In this document: positions 1 to 9,348 of the stretch, piece by piece | Numbering within the stretch: position 1 is the stretch's first letter | Layout of the letters: every line of letters starts with the position of its first letter | Assembly: GCA_965217865.1 (NCBI GenBank) | Contig: CBDCJO010000002.1 | Location: 1,312,001-1,376,000, forward strand | Origin: Candidatus Latescibacterota bacterium | GTDB taxonomy: Bacteria; Latescibacterota; UBA2968; SICM01 | Length of the DNA stretch: 64,000 nt | Reading direction: 5' to 3' | Notes under the pieces: generated by a model | Database searches by the model: none | What the model was told of the DNA's origin: nothing | What the model saw: only the letters and a program-made list of their open reading frames with translations | Program-made: the position numbers and the translations under genes

Positions 1-243
1 ACCACTTCTGACTCGGGTCCCTGGTCTTTTTGGCGTCTTTACAATGGACACTCTTGACATAAATCCCCACCTTTTTCAAGGCCTCAATCGGTTCGCCCGC
101 GTTGTAAAGAATCATGTTCGCAGGGTCGAAGTTGATAGCAAGGTTTTCCCTCCCCACGGCCTGGATGAATCGAATCAGGGCTTCAACTGTCTCTTGTCCT
201 GTCTCAAGGTGAAACCCCTGGCCGTTATCCCGACAATGGTCGC
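1..243 (-). pseudogene. 5'-truncated sugar-phosphate isomerase/epimerase (xylose isomerase-like TIM barrel), C-terminal part, runs off window
   Basis: Minus frame not in the ORF track reads DHCRDNGQGFHLETGQET...NFDPANMILY...VKSVHCKDA; no start codon before an upstream TAA near 301. Confidence 0.75.
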
Positions 244-483
244 GGGATTTGCCACATCCACATTGTAAGTGATATCCAGCGGACCTCCGAGGAAAAGCTT
301 ATTGTCGTCCGAGTAGTTGGTGAAGGTCATCTTGATATCCATCGAAAGCGCGGTGGAAGTGGCATCGAAGTGCCCCACGGCCTTCACATTCCCCGATGAC
401 GATCCGTTCACCGTAAGGTCCACGGCCTTGGCAAGGGGGGATGCCACCGGCTTGCTCGCGGCGTTCTGAAACACCGCCCCTAT

Positions 484-2009
484 CAGCCCGTTGAAGAACT
501 ACCTTTCAACGCACATAAACGGAAAAGACGCCTGGAGTGCGGGTCAGATAAATCAAGGTAAGGAGATTGAGCAGGAGACGCTGATAAGAGGTTAAAAAGG
601 TGACCGAGGGCAGCAAACGTGATTGTAGGACGAGCAGTAGACGCTGCAAGGCCTTGGCCAGGTCCTGGAGGGCCTTCGGAGTACCTACGCCCATCACTTT
701 GCGCATGAGCAGAGCCAGGTTGCAGCCCCCGATGTGGATCAGCAAACGCTTGAGGATATTGCCGCGGTCTCTCAAGTGCAACCTGCGCATGCCACCGGTA
801 TCATATGTGTGAGCGATGGTTCTTTCCACCCGTTCTGCACGACTTCGGCGCAAGGCCTTGCCGCGATCTCCCTTGATCCGGCGTCGATTCGCATATACCG
901 CGGCCTGCTCATCTCGTCGGCCGTTCCACTTGCGGCGTCCCCGATCCGGTTCTGAAATGTAACTCCGGATGCCGCCTTGCTTCAGACTGGTCAATACATC
1001 GTTGCTATGATATCCTTTGTCCGCAACCACCTCCCGTATACGCTGTCTGTGCAAACGTTTGGCAGCTTTTTCGTCCTTCGCGACCTGCTTGAGATTGAGC
1101 TGCGCCTCGAGCAGCGTCCAGGGCAACGACTCGGTATCTCCTTCATCTGCTCCCGACAACGCCACTGCCACAATGGCATTGGTGTCCAGATCCACCGCGT
1201 GCTCCACCTTGTGCGCCATGTGCGTGCGACCGTCCTTCATCTTAGCGATCTTGGCATCCGGGTCGTGCGGGTGCTCCCAGTCCTGGTTCGATCCCTTCTT
1301 CGGTCGCTTCTTATCGATCTTGGACAAGTCCTCGCGGGTAGGCGTTTCAATGCCCGAGGCCTTGGCCAGATTCTCAAGGAATGCCTGGTAGCCTTCACCC
1401 GTGTCACGGCGTACAATGCTGCGCATCGCGGCGTTGGCCTCCAGTGTCGTAGCATCCACGCCCAACGTCTTCCCCTTCACCAGACCCGCTTTGCACAAGA
1501 CCCTCAGGATCCACTTGAAAACCGCTTCGTGAACTTCCAAGGGAAGCCGATGCCGGATGCGAGACAGGCTGGAATGATCCGGGGTCTGTTCGTCAAGGGC
1601 ATACCCCAAAAACCGGCGCAACGTCAGCGAGTCAGATACACGCCATTCGATCCCACGTTCCGAATCAAGTCCCTCGAAATACCCAATCAAAAGCATCCGA
1701 AAATAAACCCCGGGCGGAATGCCCTTGCGACCCATATGAGGAGCGTAATACCGCTGGCAAAGCCCCTCGACGAACTCGTCGAAGCCGTTCGCCCCCAATA
1801 CCTGATTCAGCTTCTCGTAGAACGGATGACCCGGAGATTTCACCAAAGTGTTCGATGCGATGAACAGGTTTTCCTGTCTCTGTCGGCCTCGTTTTCCCAT
1901 TGCCATTTGCTCGTCCTCCCTTCTCAGTTTGAACCTGATATATCATAGGACCAAACCACAAGGAAAGACAACAGTCATCTTGGCATAAACGCACTTTTTC
2001 AACAGGCTG
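484..2009 (-). mobile_element. IS1182/IS5-like insertion sequence, copy 1 (1526 bp)
   Basis: Imperfect 17-bp TIRs CAGCCTGTTGAAAAAGT/CAGCCCGTTGAAGAACT; 4-bp TSD CTAT at 480-483 and 2010-2013. Confidence 0.95.
506..1906 (-). CDS. DDE transposase (DUF772 + DDE domain)
   Basis: SERGIEW...PDHSSLSR, GVDATTLEANA and VVADKGY motifs; three copies in window. Confidence 0.95.
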   Translation of the reverse strand: MAMGKRGRQRQENLFIASNTLVKSPGHPFYEKLNQVLGANGFDEFVEGLCQRYYAPHMGRKGIPPGVYFRMLLIGYFEGLDSERGIEWRVSDSLTLRRFLGYALDEQTPDHSSLSRIRHRLPLEVHEAVFKWILRVLCKAGLVKGKTLGVDATTLEANAAMRSIVRRDTGEGYQAFLENLAKASGIETPTREDLSKIDKKRPKKGSNQDWEHPHDPDAKIAKMKDGRTHMAHKVEHAVDLDTNAIVAVALSGADEGDTESLPWTLLEAQLNLKQVAKDEKAAKRLHRQRIREVVADKGYHSNDVLTSLKQGGIRSYISEPDRGRRKWNGRRDEQAAVYANRRRIKGDRGKALRRSRAERVERTIAHTYDTGGMRRLHLRDRGNILKRLLIHIGGCNLALLMRKVMGVGTPKALQDLAKALQRLLLVLQSRLLPSVTFLTSYQRLLLNLLTLIYLTRTPGVFSVYVR

Positions 2010-2554
2010 CTATGGCACTTGAAATCGTAGCATTGACTCTACCGAAAACGGTGCCCCCGTTCTCAGCACTGATGGTCGTATTAGCAAGATCAGTCCCCCC
2101 TGTAGGGGCCCCCCCTATGTTTTCGTCGTCCTTTTTATCACCGCACCCCACACTTAACAAAACCAGGATAGCCAGTCCTCCGATCACGTTCCGAAGAGAG
2201 AACTGATTTTTGATTTTGTTCACGTTCCATCCTCCTGATCCCGACAGGTTCCAAGCCTTTCCCCCGAACGATCTCCCGCCATTCGATTTTCTCAAGAAAT
2301 CCGGAATAAAATAGAATATATCACACGCGGTGATACCCCGCAACGGATAAATGTGGGTGGGAATAACATTCATGTTCCGTACAAATCGGGCTCGCGGGAC
2401 AAAAATCTGGTGTAAATTTTCGCGTTAGGTCCGTCTGGCGTTTCTTTTCTTGTATTTTCAAACCCGATTTTCTATTATTTATCCGATCTAAATTTCGTAG
2501 TTTGGTTATTTGTTCCTACCTTCCCGGTCGCCGGGCCCTCCCTATTCTCTCAAT

Positions 2555-4018
2555 ATGGAAAACCGATACGTCAAGATCGGTTCCTTAAAGAACATAGAGG
2601 CTTTTCGTTCCCACATCTCCAGCCTCGGGCTCGGCCTGGAATGTGATGATTCCATCCTCCCGGGTCCGGAATCTCCTCTGGCAAATTCCTTTAACCTGAA
2701 CGGCTTTCGAATCGGAAATCGGTTTGCGATCCACCCTATGGAAGGTTGGGACGCGGGGGAGGATGGGAACCCGTCGCCCCCCCTGATTCGCAGGTGGGTT
2801 CGCTTTGGCCAGAGTGGAGCGAAACTGATCTGGGGAGGTGAGGCGGTGGCCGTGCGACACGAAGCCAGGGCGAATCCAAACCAGCTCTATTTCGGTGAAC
2901 ATACACGGGCTGGCCTCGCTCGGCTGTTCAATGTCCTATCGGATGCGCACCGCGAACGGTTTGGAAATACGGACGACCTGTTGGTGGGCCTCCAACTTAC
3001 GGATTCCGGGAGGTTCAGCAAACCGAATCGGAAAGACCGGATGGAACCCCGAGTCCTGTATCGCCACCCCATCCTGGACCGTAAATTTCACCTCTCTCAG
3101 GAGTGCCATGTACTCACCGACGGAGAGATCCGTGAGGTCATTTCCGACTACGTTCGCGCGGGGCGAGCGGCTCAAGAGATCGGCTTTCATTTTGTAGATA
3201 TAAAGCACTGCCACGGCTACCTCGGACACGAGTTCTTGAGCGCTCATACCCGGCGGGGCGATTTCGGCGGTCCATTCGATAACCGCACTCGCTTCCTTCA
3301 GGAGGTCGTTGCCGGCATCCGGTCAGAAGCCCCCGGCTTGATGATCGGGGTCCGATTAAGCGCCTTCGATTTGGTCCCCTACCGCCCGGATCCTGAGCTG
3401 ACCTCAGAGAACGGTCTGGGACCCGGAATTCCCGAAGACTATTCCGGTTGTCTCCCATATCGCTACGGGTTCGGGGTCAATGAAAGGGAGCCGGTGAAGA
3501 TCGACCTGACGGAAACCTACCGCTTCATGGACCTTCTTCGATCACTGAATATCGAACTGGTTAACATTACAGCCGGTAGCCCATACTACAATCCCCATAT
3601 TCAACGGCCTGCCTACTATCCCCCCTCCGACGGCTATCAACCTCCGGAAGACCCGCTGGTGGGCGTATGGCGGCAGATCGAAGTCACCAAACGAATTAAA
3701 TTCAAGTATCCCGACCTCCCTATTGTCGGAACCGGTTATTCTTACCTCCAGGAATATCTTCCCCACGTAGCTCAACACGTGGTCAGAGATGGTGGAGCCG
3801 ACTTCGTGGGAATTGGACGTATGGTGTTGAGCTATCACGATCTACCCCACGACACCCTAGCAAAGGGAACCCTGGACCTCCGGCGTCTATGTCGGACATT
3901 CAGCGACTGCACCACGGCACCCCGGAATGGCCTTCGGTCCGGATGTTACCCCCTGGACACCTACTACAAAAAATCTCCTGAAGCAAAAATCATTCGGACG
4001 GTTAAGAAAAAGATTTAA
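2555..4018 (+). CDS. NADH:flavin oxidoreductase (Old Yellow Enzyme family)
   Basis: NRFAIHPMEG, GFHFVDIKHCHGYLGHEFLS, GGPFDNRTRF, DFVGIGR. Confidence 0.9.
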   Translation: MENRYVKIGSLKNIEAFRSHISSLGLGLECDDSILPGPESPLANSFNLNGFRIGNRFAIHPMEGWDAGEDGNPSPPLIRRWVRFGQSGAKLIWGGEAVAVRHEARANPNQLYFGEHTRAGLARLFNVLSDAHRERFGNTDDLLVGLQLTDSGRFSKPNRKDRMEPRVLYRHPILDRKFHLSQECHVLTDGEIREVISDYVRAGRAAQEIGFHFVDIKHCHGYLGHEFLSAHTRRGDFGGPFDNRTRFLQEVVAGIRSEAPGLMIGVRLSAFDLVPYRPDPELTSENGLGPGIPEDYSGCLPYRYGFGVNEREPVKIDLTETYRFMDLLRSLNIELVNITAGSPYYNPHIQRPAYYPPSDGYQPPEDPLVGVWRQIEVTKRIKFKYPDLPIVGTGYSYLQEYLPHVAQHVVRDGGADFVGIGRMVLSYHDLPHDTLAKGTLDLRRLCRTFSDCTTAPRNGLRSGCYPLDTYYKKSPEAKIIRTVKKKI

Positions 4019-4066
4019 CCCCTGGATCAACCGCCGCTCATCCATCTCGTTGGGAGACCACCACCC

Positions 4067-4900
4067 ATGAAATTCGCCGCCTGTAACGAATTCTTTGAAG
4101 GATGGCCGATCGAACGGGTTTTCGACTACTGTAAGTCCATCGGATATGACGGCGTGGAGATCGCACCCTTCACCCTCGCAGAATCTGTCGATCAGATCAC
4201 GGCACATCGGAGGACGGAGATCCGTCGATCTGCGGAGGCCGCCGAGATCGAGATTGTCGGCTTGCATTGGCTTTTGGCCAGCCCGGACGGCCTGTATATC
4301 AACCATCCCGATCCTGGAATTCGGCGGCGGACACAGGACTACATAAAGGCCCTCATCCATTTCGGCGGGGATCTGGGGGCGAGGTTGATGATCCACGGAT
4401 CCCCAAAACAGCGGACCCTGCAAGAGGGGTGGAACCGGGAGGAATCGTGGAAATACACTGTGGATACTTTCGCAGCATGTATGGACGTGGCAAAGGAACG
4501 TGGGGTGACCTACTGCATCGAGGCACTAAGCCTAGCGAACACAAACTTCATCAACACCGTGGACGAATCCCTCGACATGGTACGAAAAATCGATCACCCT
4601 AATTTTCAGACGATGGTCGATTGTTGCAGCGGATCCACCGAGGATATTCCTCTTCCTGACCTTTTCCGGAAGGCCGGGGTTCGTATGAAACACGTTCACG
4701 TCAACGACCCGAACGGACGGGGGCCCGGATTCGGGGATCTGAAATTCGGCCTGGTCCTCAAGGCCCTTCGCGATCTCGAATACGAGGGCTACATATCTCT
4801 GGAAGTCTTCGACTTTTCACCAGACCCACAGACCATCGCATCTCGCAGTCTTGGCTACCTGAAAGGGCTCCTCGAAACCGGCCCTCATCCGCCCGAATGA
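4067..4900 (+). CDS. Sugar phosphate isomerase/epimerase (ketose 3-epimerase-like TIM barrel)
   Basis: GYDGVEIAP, IEAL, MVD, HVHVND, ISLEVF metal-ligand pattern. Confidence 0.88.
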   Translation: MKFAACNEFFEGWPIERVFDYCKSIGYDGVEIAPFTLAESVDQITAHRRTEIRRSAEAAEIEIVGLHWLLASPDGLYINHPDPGIRRRTQDYIKALIHFGGDLGARLMIHGSPKQRTLQEGWNREESWKYTVDTFAACMDVAKERGVTYCIEALSLANTNFINTVDESLDMVRKIDHPNFQTMVDCCSGSTEDIPLPDLFRKAGVRMKHVHVNDPNGRGPGFGDLKFGLVLKALRDLEYEGYISLEVFDFSPDPQTIASRSLGYLKGLLETGPHPPE

Positions 4901-4938
4901 CATTGGATCACCCAAACTCCATCATTGGAGGATTTTCA

Positions 4939-5508
4939 ATGACCCTTACAGAAGTGATTCTGTCAAGACGGACAATATTCAAATTCAAGCCGGATCCCGT
5001 TCCGAACGAGATCCTCGAGAAAATTTTGGCCTATGGCATCTGGGCACCTAACCATCACTTGACAGAACCATGGAGGTTTACCGTACTTGGGATAGAGACA
5101 AAACTCAAACTTGCCCAACGATATAAAGAAATCCAACTTTCCAAAGTTCCCCCCCACGTCGATGCGGAGAACCGGGAAAAAATAGGAGAAGCCGGTTATC
5201 GGAAGTTTATGTCTAAACCGACGGTTATTGCCGTGTCGTGTCTCCAGGAAGGAGACGAACAGCGTCGCAGGGAGGACTACGCGGCAACCTGTTGCGCCGT
5301 GCAGAACATACAGCTGGCCGCCTGGGATGCGGGTATCGGCATGCAATGGAGCACCGGACCGATCACCATGGAGCCATCTACCTATAGACTCTTGGACCTT
5401 GACCCGGAACGTCATTACATCATCGGGTTCTACTATATCGGTTACCCAAACGAGGTGCCCGGCCCCAAGAGAAAACCCCTGGGTGAGGTCATTCATTGGA
5501 CTACCTGA
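4939..5508 (+). CDS. Nitroreductase family protein (YdjA-like)
   Basis: SRRTIFKF, WAPNHHLTEPWRF, QNIQLAAW..GIG..WSTG; GGAGG RBS. Confidence 0.9.
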   Translation: MTLTEVILSRRTIFKFKPDPVPNEILEKILAYGIWAPNHHLTEPWRFTVLGIETKLKLAQRYKEIQLSKVPPHVDAENREKIGEAGYRKFMSKPTVIAVSCLQEGDEQRRREDYAATCCAVQNIQLAAWDAGIGMQWSTGPITMEPSTYRLLDLDPERHYIIGFYYIGYPNEVPGPKRKPLGEVIHWTT

Positions 5509-6818
5509 ACACGCAAAATTTGGATCGAGCCCATATTTTCCACCCCTGGACAACACAGGGGCCTCAGGATCTTGTTCCCGTGATAGAGCGGGGTGAAGGA
5601 TGCTATTTCTGGGACACCCGGGGACGAAAATATCTCGATTTTCTGGCTCAGCTCTTCAACCTCAATCTGGGACACGGGAATCTCCGGGTGATCCACGCCA
5701 TTCAGCAGCAGGCTGAGAAGCTTTGTGCTTTAAATCCGACATTCACTTCCGAGCCCCGTGCAAAACTCGGGGAACTCCTGGCGGAGATCACCCCCGGTGA
5801 CCTGACAAAAACATTCCTCACCAACAGTGGGAGTGAAGCCAACGAGATGGCCTTTCAAATGGCCCGTATGGTTACAGGACGCCAGAAGATCCTCGCGCGA
5901 TATCGCTCATACCACGGGACGACCATCGGAACCTTCTCCGTGGGCGGCGATCCGCGACGGTTGAGTTCAGAGCCGGGTGTTCCCGGAACCGTGCGGTTTT
6001 TCGATCCATACTGCTACCGATGCGACTACGGGATGACCTTCCCGGAATGTGATCTCCACTGCATGCATAAGGTGGAGCAGATTGTTCAGTTCGAGGGCCC
6101 CGAATGCATCGCTGCGATCATTGTCGAACCCATCTCCGGTGCCAACGGATGTATCGTCCCCCCGGAAGGCTACCTGGGTGGTCTCCGAGAGATCTGCGAT
6201 CGCTACGGCATCCTTCTGATCGCCGATGAGGTCATCGATGGATTCGGCAGAACTGGCCGTTGGTTCGCGGTGGACCACTGGGACGTGGTCCCCGATATCC
6301 TGGTCTTCGCAAAAGGCATCACTTCGGGTTATGCGCCCATGGGTGGCGCCATTGTTCGAACTGCTGTCTCAGACCACTTCGAGGGGGAATACATGCCGAT
6401 GGGGTGTACCTACAATGGGCATCCCATCGCGTGCGCGGCTGCAGTGGCCGCTATATCGGAGTACCGTGAGCAGGACCTTCCTGCCCGCGCGGAGCGGATG
6501 GGAGAAATATTGATGGCCGGGCTTGAGGACCTTCAGAGCCGTCATCCGGTAATAGGAGAGATCCGTGGCAAGGGGCTTCTCACCTGCCTGGAACTCGTCG
6601 AAGACCGGAATACGCGGGAACCGATCGTCCCCTGGAATAGTCCTTCCCCACTGCCGGGGCGGATAAAATCCGCCCTTTTCGATCGAGGCATGCACGCATA
6701 CGTCCGCTGGAACATGGTCTTCCTGGCACCCCCACTGATCATCTCTGAGGAGGAGATCCAGGAAGGGATGGCCATCCTGGATGAGGTGCTCGCCAGGATC
6801 GAAGCCGGAACATTGTAA
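5496..6818 (+). CDS. Class III PLP-dependent aminotransferase
   Basis: NSGSEANE, SYHG, LIADEVIDGFGRTG, FAKGITSGY. Confidence 0.92.
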   Translation: MDYLNTQNLDRAHIFHPWTTQGPQDLVPVIERGEGCYFWDTRGRKYLDFLAQLFNLNLGHGNLRVIHAIQQQAEKLCALNPTFTSEPRAKLGELLAEITPGDLTKTFLTNSGSEANEMAFQMARMVTGRQKILARYRSYHGTTIGTFSVGGDPRRLSSEPGVPGTVRFFDPYCYRCDYGMTFPECDLHCMHKVEQIVQFEGPECIAAIIVEPISGANGCIVPPEGYLGGLREICDRYGILLIADEVIDGFGRTGRWFAVDHWDVVPDILVFAKGITSGYAPMGGAIVRTAVSDHFEGEYMPMGCTYNGHPIACAAAVAAISEYREQDLPARAERMGEILMAGLEDLQSRHPVIGEIRGKGLLTCLELVEDRNTREPIVPWNSPSPLPGRIKSALFDRGMHAYVRWNMVFLAPPLIISEEEIQEGMAILDEVLARIEAGTL

Positions 6819-6842
6819 CATCTCAATACACGGAATAATAAG

Positions 6843-7439
6843 GTGAGTGAAATGGACATTAAAATGTTCCTCAATCATGTTGTCGAGGTGACCAATGGTC
6901 TATCCGCCGGAGAGGTCAACTCCCTCGCTGATGCCATTGAGCGATGCTACACGGAAGGCAGGTTCGTCTTCATCATCGGCAACGGGGGGAGTGGTTCCAA
7001 TGCCTCCCACATGTGCGAGGACCTGGGCAAGGGAACCCTGAGCGACACGGAGGACCAGAAACGGTTGAAGGTTCTGAGCCTAACGGATAACACCCCTTAC
7101 ATCCTGGCCTGGGGAAACGATGAGGGTTACGAACGAATCTTCGTCGAACAGATCAAAAACCTGGCCTCCCCCGAGGACCTGCTCATAGCCATAAGCGGTT
7201 CCGGCAATAGCCCCAATATCTTGAGGGCCGTCGAATATGCCAATGAGATCGGCATGCAGACATTCGGGATGACGGGGTTCGACGGAGGTAAAGTCAAGGA
7301 ATTGTGCGGCCAAACCCTTCACGTCCGGATCCACGACATGGGCATCGTGGAGTCGATGCACACGGTTATTTTTCACTACCTGATTGTGGAACTCAAAGAG
7401 AGGTTCAAGAGGATTCATGAAATAGATACGGTTAAATGA
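6843..7439 (+). CDS. SIS-domain sugar isomerase (GmhA/phosphoheptose isomerase-like)
   Basis: GNGGSGSNASH, ISGSGNSPNI, TGFDGG, ESMH. Confidence 0.88.
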   Translation: MSEMDIKMFLNHVVEVTNGLSAGEVNSLADAIERCYTEGRFVFIIGNGGSGSNASHMCEDLGKGTLSDTEDQKRLKVLSLTDNTPYILAWGNDEGYERIFVEQIKNLASPEDLLIAISGSGNSPNILRAVEYANEIGMQTFGMTGFDGGKVKELCGQTLHVRIHDMGIVESMHTVIFHYLIVELKERFKRIHEIDTVK

Positions 7440-7529
7440 GTAAGGGCTCCGAACTCCTTCCATCTCTTCCCATAGTTCCATACATCCAATATGTTTCTCC
7501 TCTCCGGGGGAGGCTACGGGGGCGGGATC

Positions 7530-8516
7530 ATGAGCAGCTACGTGATGGGTGTCGAGATCGGCGGGACGAAGCTCCAGGCGGGTATCGGGTTTGAGGGAGA
7601 GAACCTGAGGGGTCTGGTCCGGGAGGCCGTCGATCCCGCTCAGGGCCCTAAGGCCATCCTCGCAGGGGTCGAATCCATCATCCCAAAACTCCTCAAAAAG
7701 ACAGGCCTGGACCTGTCGGATATTGGGGGTATCGGTGTCGGATTTGGCGGGCCTGTAGAAGCCAAAAAAGGTCTTATCCTCATCTCCCACCAGGTGGAGG
7801 GTTGGGGGGGGTTCGATCTTGGCGGATGGTTTGAGCAGACGTTCGGCATTCAGACTACAATCGAAAACGATTCAAGCGCCGCGGCTTTGGCGGAGGCCGT
7901 TCTTGGCGCGGGACAGGGGTACAGCCGTGTCTTCTACACGAACATCGGCAGCGGCGTGGGAGGCGGTTGGGTGGTGGATGGGGTCGTGGACAACGGGCAG
8001 GGAATCGGGGCCGCGGAGATCGGTCACACATACGTCTCTTTCGGGGGAACACCCCCCGATAAGGTGGAAGACATATGTTCCGGGTGGGCTATCGGGCGAC
8101 GGGCCCGGGCCGCTGTCGAGAAGAACCCCGAGTCCCTCATCCTGAAGCTCGCCTCGGGCAACCCCGACGCCATCTCCGCCGTCACGGTCGCTGATGCTGC
8201 CAAGCAAAGGGATCCACTCGCTCTTCGGCTCTTCGACGAAACCGGCCATGCCTTCGGGATCTCCCTTGCCAACTTAATCACCCTCCTTCATCCACAGGCC
8301 GTCGTTATCGGTGGAGGCGTATCTTTGGCCGGTGACCTTTTCCTCGATCGTGTCCGCGACTACGTAAAACACTATGTATTTCACCTCTATTCCGAATCCT
8401 ATCACATCGTCCCAGCCGCCCTTGGCGAGAAGGTGGTCGTCATCGGGGCTGCCCTGTTGGCCCGACAGATGACAGACGGCGGAAATCCAAGTAGATCACA
8501 ATTAACCGAATCCTGA
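7530..8516 (+). CDS. ROK family sugar kinase
   Basis: GVEIGGTK, ENDSSAAALAE, GSGVGGG, EIGH, IGGGV. Confidence 0.9.
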   Translation: MSSYVMGVEIGGTKLQAGIGFEGENLRGLVREAVDPAQGPKAILAGVESIIPKLLKKTGLDLSDIGGIGVGFGGPVEAKKGLILISHQVEGWGGFDLGGWFEQTFGIQTTIENDSSAAALAEAVLGAGQGYSRVFYTNIGSGVGGGWVVDGVVDNGQGIGAAEIGHTYVSFGGTPPDKVEDICSGWAIGRRARAAVEKNPESLILKLASGNPDAISAVTVADAAKQRDPLALRLFDETGHAFGISLANLITLLHPQAVVIGGGVSLAGDLFLDRVRDYVKHYVFHLYSESYHIVPAALGEKVVVIGAALLARQMTDGGNPSRSQLTES

Positions 8517-8553
8517 ATTCCGCCCCCCTATATCCCTTCTTGAATGACCTCCC

Positions 8554-9303
8554 ATGACCACCCTCTCCGTCCAATCCGTCTCCAAGCGATTCGGCGATTT
8601 TTTGGCCGTCGATCAGCTTTCCCTCGAAGGTTCTCCCGGAAACATCACCGGACTGCTCGGGCCGAATGGATCGGGAAAAACCACCGCCATCCGGATGATC
8701 CTGAACATCGTAGCGCCCGATCACGGAAATGTCCTTTTGTTTGGACGGCCCTTTGAAGAAACGACCAAGGACAGAATCGGATACCTACCGGAAGAAAGAG
8801 GCCTCTATGACAAAATGAAAGTCTTTGAGCTCCTCCGATTTTTCTCGAGTATCAAGAACGTAGAGAAGCATTCGTCGCAGAGGGCCATTTTGGAATGGCT
8901 TGAGCGGTTAGACCTCACCGCGTGGAAGGGGAATAGGGTGGATACCCTCTCGAAGGGGATGCAGCAGAAGGTTCAGTTCATCGCAACCGTAGTTCACGAA
9001 CCTGACCTGATCATTTTGGACGAACCTTTTTCGGGACTTGATCCCGTGAACAACGAGGTCCTGCGGGACATCTTGTTTGACCTGAAACGTAAGGGAAAGA
9101 CGATCCTCCTTTCCACCCACCATATGGAGTTTGCGGAACGCCTCTGCGACGACATCTGCCTGATCAATCACGGCCGAAAGGTCCTGGGAGGCAGCATGTC
9201 CGAAATCAAACAGGCTTACGGTGACATGACCACACGGCGTTATGTCGTTGAGGAGCCGTCGTTGAACGACATTTTCCTGAAAGCCGTCAAAGAATCGTCC
9301 TGA
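8554..9303 (+). CDS. ABC transporter ATP-binding protein (NatA/YhaQ-like)
   Basis: GPNGSGKT, LSKGMQQ, ILDEPFSGLDP. Confidence 0.92.
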   Translation: MTTLSVQSVSKRFGDFLAVDQLSLEGSPGNITGLLGPNGSGKTTAIRMILNIVAPDHGNVLLFGRPFEETTKDRIGYLPEERGLYDKMKVFELLRFFSSIKNVEKHSSQRAILEWLERLDLTAWKGNRVDTLSKGMQQKVQFIATVVHEPDLIILDEPFSGLDPVNNEVLRDILFDLKRKGKTILLSTHHMEFAERLCDDICLINHGRKVLGGSMSEIKQAYGDMTTRRYVVEEPSLNDIFLKAVKESS

Positions 9304-9348
9304 TTCCGGAGAAGGGAGACACCTCGGTTTTTCCGAGCTTTTAGCGTC

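Larger units (their letters stand above)
244..2223 (-). pseudogene. Lipoprotein interrupted by IS copy 1; native 3' end apparently lost
   Basis: GGAGG RBS, GTG at 2223, lipobox LSVG-C; removing the IS and one CTAT rejoins ...NATISSAI|GAVFQNAASKPV... in frame. Confidence 0.8.

Noticed and set aside
977-1948. 323-aa antisense ORF, plus other short ORFs, repeated in all three IS copies
   Set aside because: Shadow of the transposase frame; conserved only because the copies are near-identical; no motifs.
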